Assembly: GCF_004010195.1 (NCBI RefSeq) | Contig: NC_057759.1 | Coordinates: forward strand, 3,462,376 to 3,497,698 | DNA from: Chiloscyllium plagiosum | Taxonomy: Eukaryota | Reading direction: 5' to 3' | DNA: 35,323 nt | Notes under the pieces: generated by a model | What the model was told of the DNA's origin: nothing | Seen by the model: only the letters and a program-made list of their open reading frames with translations | Database searches by the model: none | Shown: positions 1-10,652 of the stretch, piece after piece | How positions within the stretch are numbered: the first letter of the stretch is position 1 | Layout: each line of letters opens with the position of its first letter | Position numbers and translations under genes: made by a program

Positions 1-105
1 ATGTTTGTAGTCAGTTAAAGATTTGACATCCCAACCAGGAACTGAGACATTATCAGTGGGCAGGACAGATTGGGAGTAAATGTTAGTCATTCAAATTCAC
101 TTTAC

Positions 106-248
106 CTTTCTGTGAGAGTACACAAAGTTTGAAGAGGCTGGTTTTACGTTAAGCATGTTGCACGATATTGTGAAAACCATGTTCGTGCACATTTTCATTT
201 CATTGCGTATGAAATAACGAAGAAGAACAAATGAACAGTGTGGCTATC
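106..248 (-). pseudogene. Dynein-like exon remnant 7
   Basis: Acceptor TTTTCTTCAG, donor AAG|GTAAAG. LRYFIRNEMKMCTNMVFTISCNMLNVKPA aligns ungapped to DNAH5-type [29 protein letters not shown]. TAG in the first full codon. Confidence 0.5.
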
Positions 249-487
249 CTGAAGAAAATTATCATTAATGCCAATTACATTTAAAAAGACAATGAAATAT
301 GAATGATCTCCAGTAGCACAAGGAATTCATTCCAAGCCGAAAGTGTTAAAACGTACTTAATAAAAGATAAGTTGTCATAGGAACTTCCATGAACATGGAA
401 GAACAATGGGACACAACAGCAATTGGCAACTGCAACATTATTGCATACAAAGGCACAATAAGTTCGATTGAAAAATGACGGAAGTGA

Positions 488-1030
488 AGACTGGAAATGC
501 TGGAGATCTGAATCGAAGAGTATGGTGCTGCAAATGTACAGCTGGTCAGGCAGCATCTGAGGAGCAGGAGAGTCGAAGTTTCGAGCATACGTTTTTCAAT
601 AAGAAGGGGACTGATAGATAAATGGGAGAGGGAGGGGGCTGAGAGGAAGGTAGCTGGGAATTCGATAGGTAGATGAAGGTGGGGAAAAAGCAATAGTTCG
701 GAGAGGAGGGTGGCGCAGATAGGTGTGCAGGAAGATGGACAGTTAGGACAGATCAAGAGGGCTGTGCTGAGATGGATCTAGATTAAGGTGGAGAGAGTGC
801 AAATGAAGAAACTTGTGAAATCAAAATTTATCGCGTGTGGTTGGAGGTTCCCAAGGTGGAAGATGAGGCTTTCTTGCTCCAGATGTCCAGTGGCTAGCGT
901 TTGGCGCTAGAGGTGGCCCAGGACTTGCACATCCTTGGCGGAGTGGGGAATTAAAGCTTTCAGCAACGGGCGGTGGGATTTTTTTTAATGTGGATCTCCC
1001 AGAGATGTAGTCTGAATGGATCTGCAAGTT
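488..1030 (-). mobile_element. Inverted 3' portion (pLTR-like) of a Penelope-like element, family A
   Basis: Reverse complement matches about 1960-2502 (endonuclease end and 3' tail ...CGAAAC.TCGACTCTCCTGCTCC...). Confidence 0.85.
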
Positions 1031-1630
1031 TGTGAAATCCTTTGAGTCCTCCCACTTCGTCTATACCTAAGGGGTAGCCATGGGCACAAACGTGAAGTCC
1101 AGCTATGGCTGAGTCTTCAAGAGTCCATGTTCCGCAGCTACACCGGGACCATTCCCCACCTTTTGCTCTGCTACATTGATGACTGTATTGGCGCCACCTC
1201 GTTCTCCCATGAGAAGGTTGAGCAGTTCGTCATCTTCACAAAGAACCTTCCACCCCGAGATCAAGCTCATGTGGACCATCTCGGACACCTATTTCCCCTT
1301 TCTAGACTTCTCCATCTCAATTTTTGGTGAACGACTCAACACGGAAATCTACTTCAAACCCAGCATCTCCCACAGCTACCACGACTACACCTCCTCCCAC
1401 ACTACCTCCTGTAAATAAGTTATCTTTCATTCCTAATTCCTCCGCCTCACTTCAGGAGGACCAATTCCACAATAGAACATCGCAGATGGCCTTCTACTTC
1501 AAAGATCGCAATTTTCCCTCCCACCACAAGGACAGAAACCCCGGTCATCACCTTGTAGCCAGCAACTGTCAGATACATCGCATCATCCTACACCATTTTC
1601 GTCACATACAAGCAGACCAACCCCCCCCCC

Positions 1631-1695
1631 CCTTTCAAAGAATTCAATAAGGTTTGTGAGGCACGACCTGCCCTTCACAAAACCATGCTGACTAT
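1631..1695 (-). mobile_element. Internal CR1 RT fragment inserted in the PLE
   Basis: Translates SQHGFVKGRSCLTNLIEFFER. No LINE 3' tail. Confidence 0.85.
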
Positions 1696-2403
1696 ATATT
1701 TCCCTCTCCATTCTGATATTTATTCCAGAGAGACCATTCACTCTAAGACTCCCATATTAGGTTCACACCCTCCACCACCATAGCTTCCACTTCGGGCACC
1801 TTCCCCTACAATGCAAGAAGTTCAAATCCTGGGCCCACATCGCCTCCCTCACCTCCAAAAGGATACTTCCCCATCCAACCGCGATTTACTGTACTTTCAC
1901 GTACATCTATTTTGCTCTTGATATAGTCTCCTCTACACTGGGGACGCAGGACGCTGACTTGGAAACACTTAAGAGATGATATCTGGAACACCCACACTAA
2001 ACAATCCCACTGTCTGTGGCCAAACACTTTAATGTCCTTTTCAACTCCGCAAAAGGACATGCAGGTCTTGGGCCTCCTCCACCACTATACACACGTCATC
2101 CAAGGCCTGGAGTAAGAACGCCTCATCTTCCGCTTCAGACACTCCAACTACACAGCATCAATGTGGACTTTACCAGTTTCTTGATTTCCACTCCCCCACC
2201 TTCTCCCAGATCCAAACTTTCAACTTGGCACCGCCCTCTTGAACTGTCGTACATGTCCATCTTCCTTCCCACCTATCCACTTCATCCTCCTCTCTGACCT
2301 ATCACCATGACCCCCATCTTCATCTACCCATTGCCTTCCCTGCTACCTTCCACCCAGCGGTACTCCATCCAATTTATCTCTCAGCCCCCTTGGACCACGC
2401 TGT

Positions 2404-2441
2404 CATTCCTGATGACGATTTCATGCTCGAAACGTCGACTC
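2404..2441 (+). ncRNA. Degenerate minimal hammerhead ribozyme in the PLE tail
   Basis: CTGATGA (2409-2715 core start 2409-2415) followed by GAAAC GTC (2429-2436). Stem II is mutated. Confidence 0.55.
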
Positions 2442-2879
2442 TCCTGCTCCTGGGGTGCTGCCTGACTGCCTGTACTTTTCCAGAACCATACTCATCGACT
2501 TTGAAATGAAAAGTCTGAGACAATTAAATACAGCAAGAACAGTGTGTAAGTTTCATTGCAGTGATGGAAATTCACATATGTATGTTTGATTATCATTTTG
2601 TGTCTTTAATAGCAGTTAGTCATTCCTAAAAACTGGATGGGCAGCCCTCCTGGAAGTACTTCAGTTGTATGATTGATTGAAGATGTCTGCATCTTTCCAA
2701 TGAGAATCCAAATTTGTTTGCGATTCTGTGCAATTACAAACCAAAACTAAGAATGTTTTCCTCTCACATTGCTTCTTAGAATACGATTTGAACAGATCTC
2801 GCTCCTGATGAAATGTTTCAATTACACGTGAGTAAAGATATCCCGCTGAAGAAATAAGAGAGAAGCTGCTCTGACTTAC

Positions 2880-3024
2880 CGAAATTTTGATTTTTAAATT
2901 TGGCAATTTCTCTGTGCACGTCATAGTGTTGGAAATTTGATTGTATACCAAGTATGGTATGCTTTGACCACTGGTGCCAGAAATGATCAGTAATTCTAGC
3001 TAACTTCAAACCAACAAGCTTTTT
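2880..3024 (-). pseudogene. Dynein-like exon remnant 6
   Basis: Open 145 nt with donor G|GTAAGT; the acceptor lacks a good pyrimidine tract. KLAR...TILGIQ...YDVHREIAKF resembles DNAH5-type KLAK...TILGIQ...FEVKERLQKM. Confidence 0.5.
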
Positions 3025-3119
3025 CTGCAGCATTTAGCCCATTTATTTGTTTGCTTTGGCATTGTAAGTGAGCATTTAAATACTCGTTTACAGTTTTATT
3101 TTCTGTCTTGACCACATGC

Positions 3120-3660
3120 ACAAGCTTCCACGTTGTCACCACCCTCTGAGTGAAAGATTTCCCTCACAATTTCTCTGAATCATGCCTCTTACTAAAAATG
3201 TATATCCCCTGGTTCATAGTCACTCCATCAAGAGAGTATTTTCATCCAGTCTACTCTATCTAAGCCTTTCCTAATTTTATTTCTCTCGATCATGTTTCCC
3301 CTTAACTTCTATTATCTGAGGATGAAAAGTCAAACCGTTCAAACTGTCTGTCTAAGATTGGCAAGTACATGCAAGATCCCATAAATCTTCTATGCATTCT
3401 CTCTTGTGCTATCACAGTCCTTCTTGTCTGTGGATTTCAGAGGGATGCAACATATTTCAGTTATGAACTATGTTGTGCTTGCACCATTTCTCTTTTCTGA
3501 AAATCTTTGCCTCGCCAATAAACGTATGTATAAGATATGCCTTCTTGAATACTTAATATGGCTGCTCGGATAACTTAAAGAACAAATGCTGATGAATATC
3601 CAGACCCTATGATCCTCTGTGCTTCTAGATGCCTACTGTTCATCATGAGTTCCCTTTCTT
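3120..3660 (-). mobile_element. Old CR1-like LINE 3' fragment
   Basis: Degenerate reverse-strand similarity to other CR1 ORF2 ends in the window (FTQRVV-type relic at about 3140-3160). Confidence 0.55.
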
Positions 3661-3744
3661 GTTTGTCCTAAGAGCCAACGGTCAGATCCGTCAATTGTCG
3701 ATAAATGCAATTTCTGTAACACAGGCTCTGCTTGTTTTTGGTCT

Positions 3745-4395
3745 ACAGGTACAAATGGTAGTTAGGAAGTCAAATTGAATTTTGTCCTTCATTGCGAAAG
3801 GGATTGAGTTTAAAAGCAGAAAGGTTATGTTGCAGTTGTATTGGGTGCTGTTGAGGCCACACCTGGAGTCCTGCGTGCAGTTTTGGTCTCCTTACTTGAG
3901 CAAGGAGGCAGAGGAGTTACACTATTTTACTTCCGGACTTGAGATGGTTGGTTTTTGCAGAGAGATTGAGTAGACTGGGGTTATATTCATTGGAATTTAG
4001 AAGAATGAGGGGAGATCTCATACAAACGGATAAAATCATGAAGGCAATAAATAAGAGAGACGTGGACAGGATGTTTCCACCGGCAAGTGAAACGAAAACA
4101 AGAAGGCTAGCCTGAAAATTAGGGGCAGCAGATTTAAGACTGAATTCAGAAATACCTTCTTCACCCAGAGGGTTGTATATCTATGCAATTCCCCGCCCAG
4201 TGAAGTGGTTGACACGACTTCAGTAAATGCTTTTAGTGCTAAGGTACATAGATTATTGAACAATATAGTGTGACAGTGAGAGGGCTGGCAAGTGTGGCTG
4301 AGGCCCACAGAAAATTCAGCTATGAACTTATTGAATGTTGGAGCAGGCTCAAAGAGACAGATGGCCTAGTCCTGTTCATAGTTCGTCCGTTCTTC
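3745..4395 (+). mobile_element. CR1 LINE 3' fragment
   Basis: SFIAKGIEFKSRKVMLQLYWVLLRPHLESCVQFWSPYL and FFTQRVV, followed by a 3' UTR. Confidence 0.9.
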
Positions 4396-4571
4396 TGTAC
4401 TTTTTTTTAGATCCATAGATTTCTGTTACTTTGTTTTCCTGAAGTAAGAAAGTAAGATTGACAAGTGAAGACAACAAATTTGAGGGTGTCTCTTAGGGAC
4501 GCAAAAATCTGTTTGGAAATCCATTGGCTGATTTTTCATTTTCACTGTGTCAACATTTTGATATCACTCAC

Positions 4572-4640
4572 CAACAGCACCATAAGTCCACAAACACCAC
4601 AAGAGTGCACCGAGTCAAGCAGGTCGCTCCAGACCACTTC
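4572..4640 (-). pseudogene. Dynein-like exon remnant 5 (copied again at about 6315-6383)
   Basis: Donor GTGAGT at 4566-4571; weak acceptor. DSVHSCGVCGL resembles dynein DSPEVFGL. Confidence 0.4.
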
Positions 4641-4766
4641 CTCAAGGTACAATTAGTGACAAGATAAAAAGAAAAACTTCACATTAAGAGCAAAATCACA
4701 CCTCCAGACTCAACCAAAAATCTGGTTTGCTGTGCCAACTGCCCAAGTACATCACATCAACCTCAA

Positions 4767-5110
4767 GTGCTCCGTGGCTCCGTGGTTAACACTGATGCCT
4801 CACAGTGCCAGGGACCCGGGTTCAATTGCAGCCTTGGAGACTGTCTATGTGGGATTTATGTCTGCCTGGGTTTCCTCGGGGTGCACTGGTTTCCTCCCAA
4901 AGTCTAAAGGTGTGTAGATTACGAGAATTGGCAATGGTAAATTGTGCATTGTGTTCAGGGATGTGTTGCTTAGGTGCATTAGTCAGGGGTAAGTGTAGGA
5001 TAATTGCGTTGGGAACTGGGTCTGTAGTGAGAGTCGTTCGAGAGGGTTGGTGAAGACTTGTAGAGCCTCACGGCCTGTTTCCACACTGCAGTATCATTCT
5101 ATGAATCTAA
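4767..5110 (+). mobile_element. HE1-type tRNA-derived SINE
   Basis: A-box TGGCTCCGTGG, B-box GGTTCAATTG, central GGGTTTCCTC...GGTTTCCTCCCA, and a CR1-like tail GGCCTGTTTCCACACTG. Confidence 0.9.
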
Positions 5111-5255
5111 CCATGTTAAAGAAGTAGTATCATCACAATAGTGGCAATATAACGAAATTAACGCCCGAAGAACCATCTCATAGAGGGACCACCACGAATT
5201 GAAATGACAAAGTGAGCAAGTGAACATATCCTGCAAATTCCTTTTAAATGCACAC

Positions 5256-5397
5256 CTGAAATCATGGCTTGATAAAATGTCGCCTTTCTTCCACTCTCCC
5301 TGTTTCATCACTCATGACCAATCTTCGACCAACATCACATACAATTTGTAGCAGAAGGGACGACAGCGTTTACGTAAAATGATCACCACGATCGTTT
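5256..5397 (-). pseudogene. Dynein-like exon remnant 4
   Basis: CCCCAG acceptor, CAG|GT phase-0 donor. NDRGDHFT*TLSSLL weakly fits TDxxDxRxLxTxx. Two stops. Confidence 0.3.
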
Positions 5398-5407
5398 CTG
5401 GGGAACT

Positions 5408-5720
5408 TAGATATCATAGAATCCCTGCAGTGTGGAAACAGATCATTTGGTCCAACAAGTCCACACCGACCCTCCGAAGAGAAATCCATTCTGTTACCGT
5501 ATTATTCCACATTTGCCCCTGACTAAGGCACCGAACTCACACATCCCTGAACGTCATGGGCAATTTACAACGGCCAAATCTCCTGAACTGCGCATTTTTG
5601 GATTTTGGGAAGAAACCAGAGGCCCCAGAGGAAACCCACACAGACGGGGTGGGGGCCATGTGCAAACAGCACGCAGACTGGCGCCCGAGGCTGGAATCGA
5701 ACCCTGGTCTCTGGCGCCAG
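5408..5720 (-). mobile_element. HE1-type SINE, 5' truncated
   Basis: Same central domain and tail on the reverse strand; B-box GGTTCGATTCC. Confidence 0.85.
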
Positions 5721-5824
5721 TTCATGGGGAATATCAGGCAGCACAGACAGAACTGTGCACACGCACTTTAAACAATGCAAAAAAAACAAACACTCACAGA
5801 TTATGTCTGCAGCAAGATAATCAC

Positions 5825-5912
5825 CCAGCCACTAAAACATCTAGCTGCATTTATAATTAGAATGACAAATCAGTTGTAACAGAACAAAGGGATTTTCCTC
5901 ATCTGTATGGAT
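5825..5912 (-). pseudogene. Dynein-like exon remnant 3
   Basis: Strong acceptor TTTCTTTGTTCCATAG. EENPFVLLQLICHSNY resembles dynein EEVPFEALRYLxGECNYGG. The 3' end is decayed and the donor is uncertain. Confidence 0.45.
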
Positions 5913-6092
5913 CTATGGAACAAAGAAACTGAGCCAGCAACAAAGCAACATTGAATTCCGAGGCATCTAAATACATAATGGCACCAGTAAACTGGCAACA
6001 ACATGAAACTAACAAATGCATCGACAAAGCAAGTCACAGCAATAATTCAATACAGCACAAAACAACGTGAAAAAAAAACAAACTGCTGAAAT

Positions 6093-6980
6093 TTAGATTA
6101 GATTCCCTACAATGTGGAACCAGGCAATTAAGCCCACCAAAGTCTACACCGACCCTCTGAAGAGTCACCCTGCACAATCTGCCGAACAGGTTGGGCATTT
6201 TAGCTTGGCCAGTTCACCTAACCTACATATCTTTGGACTGTGGGAGGAATCCGGACCACCCAGAGGAAACCCATGCAGACACGGGGAGAATGCGCAAACT
6301 CCACACAAACTCACCAACTGCACCATAAGACCACAAACACCACAAGAGTGCACCGAGTCAAGCAGATCCCTCCAGACCACTTCCTCAAGGTACAATGAGT
6401 GACAAGATAAAAAGAAAAACTTCACATTACGAGCAAAATCACACCTCCTGACTCAACCAAAAATCTGGTTTGCTGTGCCAACTGCCCAAGTACATCACAT
6501 CAACCTCAAGTGCGGCACGGTGGCTCCGTGGTTAACACTGATGCCTCACAGTGCCAGGGACCCGGATTCAATTGCAGCCTTGGAGACTGTCTAGTGGGAT
6601 TTATGTCTGCCTGGGTTTCCTCGGGGTGCACTGGTTTCCTCCAAAAGTCTAAAGATGTGTAGATTACGAGAATTGGCAATGATAAATTGTGCATTGTGTT
6701 CAGGGATGTGTTGCTTAGGTGCATTAGTCAGGGGTAAGTGTAGAATAATTGCGTTGGGAACTGGGTCTGTAGTGAGAGTCGTTCGAGAGGGTTGGTGAAG
6801 ACTTGTTGGGCCTCACGGCCTGTTTCCACACTGCAGTATCATTCTATGAATCTAACCATGTTAAAGCAGTAGTATCATCACAATAGTGGCAATATAATGA
6901 AATTAACGAGGCTGAAATAGAACCTGATCTCTGACGCTGTGAGGCAGTAGTGCTAACCACTGAGGTACCGTGCCACCCCC
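6093..6980 (-). mobile_element. HE1-type SINE split in two (6093-6308 and 6908-6980) by the 600 bp duplicate
   Basis: Tail and central domain lie left of the insert and the tRNA head lies right of it; the halves are colinear. Confidence 0.85.
6309..6908 (+). repeat. About 600 bp segment, copy 2, including an HE1 SINE at about 6510-6855
   Basis: Direct repeat of 4566-5163. Confidence 0.95.
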
Positions 6981-7011
6981 AGTGGGGTACAATACGGTAT
7001 GGATTAGTACA

Positions 7012-7177
7012 GTTCTGAATGGCCTGGACAGAGTAAATGTTGGACAGATGTTTCCATTGGGAGGAGAGACTAGGACCTGAGGGTACAGTCCAAGAGTCAA
7101 GGGAAGTCCTTTAAGAATGGAGATAAGGAGAAACGTCTTAAGCCAGAGAGTGATGTATCTTTGGAATTCAATTCCAC
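7012..7177 (+). mobile_element. CR1 ORF2 C-terminal fragment
   Basis: LNGLDRVNVGQMFPLGGETRT...SQRVMYLWNSIP. Confidence 0.8.
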
Positions 7178-7741
7178 GCAGTACCAAACGGTGTTGCAGT
7201 AACATTGTACAGAGATTGTATAATGACTGAGATTGCGGAAAAAAAAGAGATCATTCCATTTGATTCGCATGGCAGGCAGAAATAAAAATTATATAAATGC
7301 AAACAGGCCAAGCAGCCAGAAAGTACACGGCAGCATGCACTGCTGTTGCACTAAGAAACTAGCGTTAATGCATTTAGAAGCTAAATCATCTGTAGAAAAT
7401 AAAAAGTAATCATTTGGTGCACTAGAAAGGTGCGATTGGCAATGATAAATTGTGCATTGTGTTCAGGGATGTGATTTACGAAAAACTCAGAAGGAAAATT
7501 AAAATCTGTTATCCATCTTTATATGAAACGTCTGACGTACGTTGGAGTAATCTCTGTCCTGCTTCATGAACACAATTACAATTATACTCAAAGTCTTGAA
7601 CTGAGCAAAATGAGTGCAAACTGCTTGATGGACTTACAACTGAGCACCAGAAATTATTAATCAATCGATCAGCGCCCAGTAACGGTAATGCAAACCAGCC
7701 CTAAGATGCACAAAAGCAACTCATGGTAGGAATTTCCAAAC

Positions 7742-7932
7742 CTGGGTCCTGGGTAAAACATCCAGAGCAAGGACATCAATGTAATGGGAATTCAGTTCCT
7801 TCAAAACGCAGACTTTCCATTGGTTGCATTGTTTCTGGAGTGTTGCAACAAAATTCAACACATTTCTTTAAAGCAAGATCTATTTTCTCGACGTCAGCCT
7901 TTCATGTTATTTCAATGAAGCCCATTATTTTC
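7742..7932 (-). pseudogene. Dynein-like exon remnant 2
   Basis: CAG acceptor and CAG|GT donor. KIMGFIEIT*KADVEKIDLALKKCVEF only loosely fits the LGWN...SDL...V.F segment. Stops and a probable frameshift. Confidence 0.3.
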
Positions 7933-8660
7933 CTGAATGCTTAATTCATGCAATTGTTATTCATATTTCATCCTACTGCATTTAATTGATTTCCCGTCAT
8001 AAATATCCAACTGTCCCTCAGTTGAAAACGTACCCAAGTTAAGGATTTGTGGACTTGAGTGATTTTTCTAAAAAAAAAATGATCATACGAGAGATAATGA
8101 GGAAGATTTTAGTCATGCATTATTCGGATGTGACACAAGAATGCAATTTCAAACTTTCAGGTCTATGATGTAAAATATTGACGGTTCCTTAGAGTTGTTT
8201 CATTCAAAATATGAATTAGAGTCCGGAAGTGCTTGAGATTGCACCTTGTTTCCTTCTCAGGAGAAACGTCGTTGTTCCTCGCTACGTTTGCCTTAATTGT
8301 CTGTTCGAAAGCACAGCTTTCCTTTGATTAACTCATTAAATCCATTTGCAGACCAATCATTATTCTCTATCGCAACAAAACATTTACCCAACACCTGTCA
8401 GACCACTACTGAGAAAATATTAGTAACATTGTGAAGCCTTTTTATCTTCAGATTGACTGTAAACAGCTTCTGTCTGTGTCGTCCTCATTTCTGCAATGGT
8501 TCTCTTCCTGTCCACTGCATTGTCAATTTGTGTGGTATCTGCAAAACTGGAAGTCATGTCCTGAGATTAGCGAGGTGGACCTCATAGAAATTGAGTTTCA
8601 TGAGAGGTGCTGTTAATCGGATCCGGTCAGGGGGCCCTACTTGACAGTTTAAAAAAAGAT

Positions 8661-8788
8661 GTCTGATGAAAGGCTTATGCCTGTAACGTTGATTCTCCTG
8701 CTCCTCGGATGCTGCCTGATCTGCTGGGCTTTTCCAGCACTACAACCTCGACTCTAATCTTCATCAGCTGCAATCTTCACTTTCTCCT
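8661..8788 (+). mobile_element. PLE family A 3' tail with inactive hammerhead core
   Basis: CTGATGA-A-AGGC TTAT GCCT-GTAAC (GAAA mutated). Tail matches 21803-21928. Flanked by AGTTTAAAAAAAG and AGTTTTAAAAAAG. Confidence 0.8.
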
Positions 8789-8805
8789 AGTTTTAAAAAA
8801 GGACT

Positions 8806-9003
8806 CACATGACACCAGTTTACTGTCCAACAGGTGGATTTGAAATCAGAAATTGTCAAAGCGTTGGTCCTTCATCCTTTCACCTGCGGAAGGGGCAGAG
8901 CTGTGAAAATTTGTTATTTCAAATAAGTCTTTGGACTATTACCTGATGTTGTGTGACTTCTGAAATTGTTCACGCCAGCCCGACATTTTCACCTCCGCAT
9001 TAC
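8806..9003 (+). mobile_element. Fold-back short element, putative PLE family B
   Basis: 8806-8876 is an imperfect inverted copy of 8880-8955. 11 bp TSD AAAAAAGGACT at 8795-8805 and 9004-9014. Homologous to 12589-12670. Confidence 0.75.
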
Positions 9004-9699
9004 AAAAAAGGACTATCAGACATCATGAAGGAGTTGGGGTCGTGTCAGGAATTCCCATGTAAATAAAGGGTGACTTTAGGATGGAACACTGGCCTCTGCA
9101 AATTATTTCACCAAGTCCATAATGTTCTAATTACGAGCTGCCATCGGCGAGTCTCAGCTACTGGGAGCATGCGTTGAGGCATTGTGTCTGTGGTGATTGT
9201 AATGTTCAGTCTGTTATTTTCAAAGAATCGTTCCTGTGATGCCAGCATTCATCAACAGTACTTTGGGGAACATCAAACACCCTCAAATACAGCGAGAATG
9301 TCAAAGGAAGAGGGGGAACTTGTCTTGTATCATGTCTGTAACTTTATTTTCAAGACACAACAGAACCACTCTTTGCTGTACCTGTTCAGATCAGATATTT
9401 TCAATTTAGATGTTGAACTTAAAACGTTTTGGCCCTTGTGATCTACACTACTCCCATTTCCTGTGTTTATTTCGAAATTGATTTGTCTTCATCAGATCTA
9501 AATTGAAATATGCTCTGGTGAATATTTCAAGGATTTTGACAAAGGAACATTGAAGGAGTCACCCTAGTCCCAGAGGGCTATTCTGACACATAGAGAGAGA
9601 GAGAGAACTGATGGTGAGTTTAACCGAAGGATTACCGTACCTCTCTGCATTTCACACCAATTTCCAGCCCACTCTGCGAATTGACTCTGACGTACGACA

Positions 9700-9900
9700 T
9701 TATGATTGATGGGATGGTCAATTATATAGTCACTAAAGATATTTCGGCCTAGTGCACAATCTTGAGGACCTCCTGCAGTCAAGTCTTGGAGCTCAGATGG
9801 CTTCCCTCTAACAACCACACCAATTTCAGTGGGTCTGAAGTTATGTGTAGCCGAGACCAGGTAAGGAGAGCAGTTTTCTACACTAAAGAACTGGGACACG
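9700..9900 (-). mobile_element. LINE RT relic
   Basis: AGGPQDCALGRNIFSDYIIDHP matches the RT motif GVPQGSVLGPxLFxxYINDLP. Confidence 0.7.
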
Positions 9901-10446
9901 TCGTTTATAGCATAATTTTGTAATGTAATGTAAATAAGGTATAAACTCAATGGGTGGATGTGCCAAGTCTGACTTGTATGATGCCAACATTCTTTGATTG
10001 TGAAGTTGAGGCTCTGAATGAATTTCTGTTTTGTTTTTCCTTTGTTTTGAGGAAATGTTAACGAGTGTAAATTTAAGCTCTTGTTATGGTCAGTATCGGC
10101 TTCAGATTCTGGACAGCTCATTCACAGACAGAATTTCGCAAATGAGTTGTAAAACTGAATTGAAAGGAAAGCAGTAGTATAGCGGTGTGCAAACGAACAG
10201 CTCTCAAGGAGCGCTACAACATGAAGCACTGGATGACTAGATAGCCTCAGCAAAATAAAGGTCATTCCTGAAATAAGTATAAAAAACTTAGATATTGAAG
10301 GGACTGATAGTAAGTGAATTAATGCAAGTCTTATTATTTGGCGGCAAGATGCAATTTACAGTTGAGACCTAAGATCAGATTAATGTAGTCTTTGGTGTAT
10401 TCAAATACAGATTTAAATCTCCACGAAAAACATCATCAAAATAAAC

Positions 10447-10652
10447 CTGTTACAGTAATCTGTTTGTTAAAATGACATAAAAAGTTGAAACTGCAATCGC
10501 AGTTTTCCAGAGGAGATACCACACATTATGAAATAAATTCTCGGTAACTGTATCAGCTCCAATTCCGAAAGAATTCGCCAATTCCAAAAGATTGACAGCA
10601 GCAGGAAGGGAGAGTGGTTTCACAGATAACAAAATACCTCTTTCAAGGGAAA
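10447..10652 (-). pseudogene. Dynein-like exon remnant 1
   Basis: Acceptor TTTTTTTTACAG, donor CAG|GTTTAT. SLERGILLSVKPLSLPAAVNLLEL...GIGAD...WKTAIAVSTFYVILTNR resembles dynein SILQNGxKxTNEPPxGLxANLLR and WKxxLxAVAFxHxxVQER. TAA near the 3' end. Confidence 0.55.

Larger units (their letters stand above)
1050..2502 (+). mobile_element. Decayed Penelope-like retroelement, family A (RT plus GIY-YIG endonuclease)
   Basis: GVAMGT (1072), CYIDDCIG (YIDD 1172-1183), WTISDTYFPFLD, IYFKPSISHSYHDYTSSH. GTFP and LYTG endonuclease relics at about 1795-1990. Many frameshifts. Confidence 0.9.
4566..5163 (+). repeat. About 600 bp segment, copy 1 (copy 2 at 6309-6908)
   Basis: Highly similar direct repeat containing unique sequence plus one HE1 SINE. 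Confidence 0.95.
106..10652 (-). pseudogene. Candidate decayed dynein heavy chain-like gene (AAA6 lid and C-terminal domain), 7 exon remnants
   Basis: AG/GT-bounded segments at 10447-10652, 7742-7932, 5825-5912, 5256-5397, 4572-4640, 2880-3024 and 106-248 translate to motifs in dynein order. The last four are phase-compatible. Several in-frame stops. By-eye comparison only. Confidence 0.55.

Noticed and set aside
4767..4840. tRNA gene
   Set aside because: The A/B boxes belong to the SINE head and continue into the SINE body.
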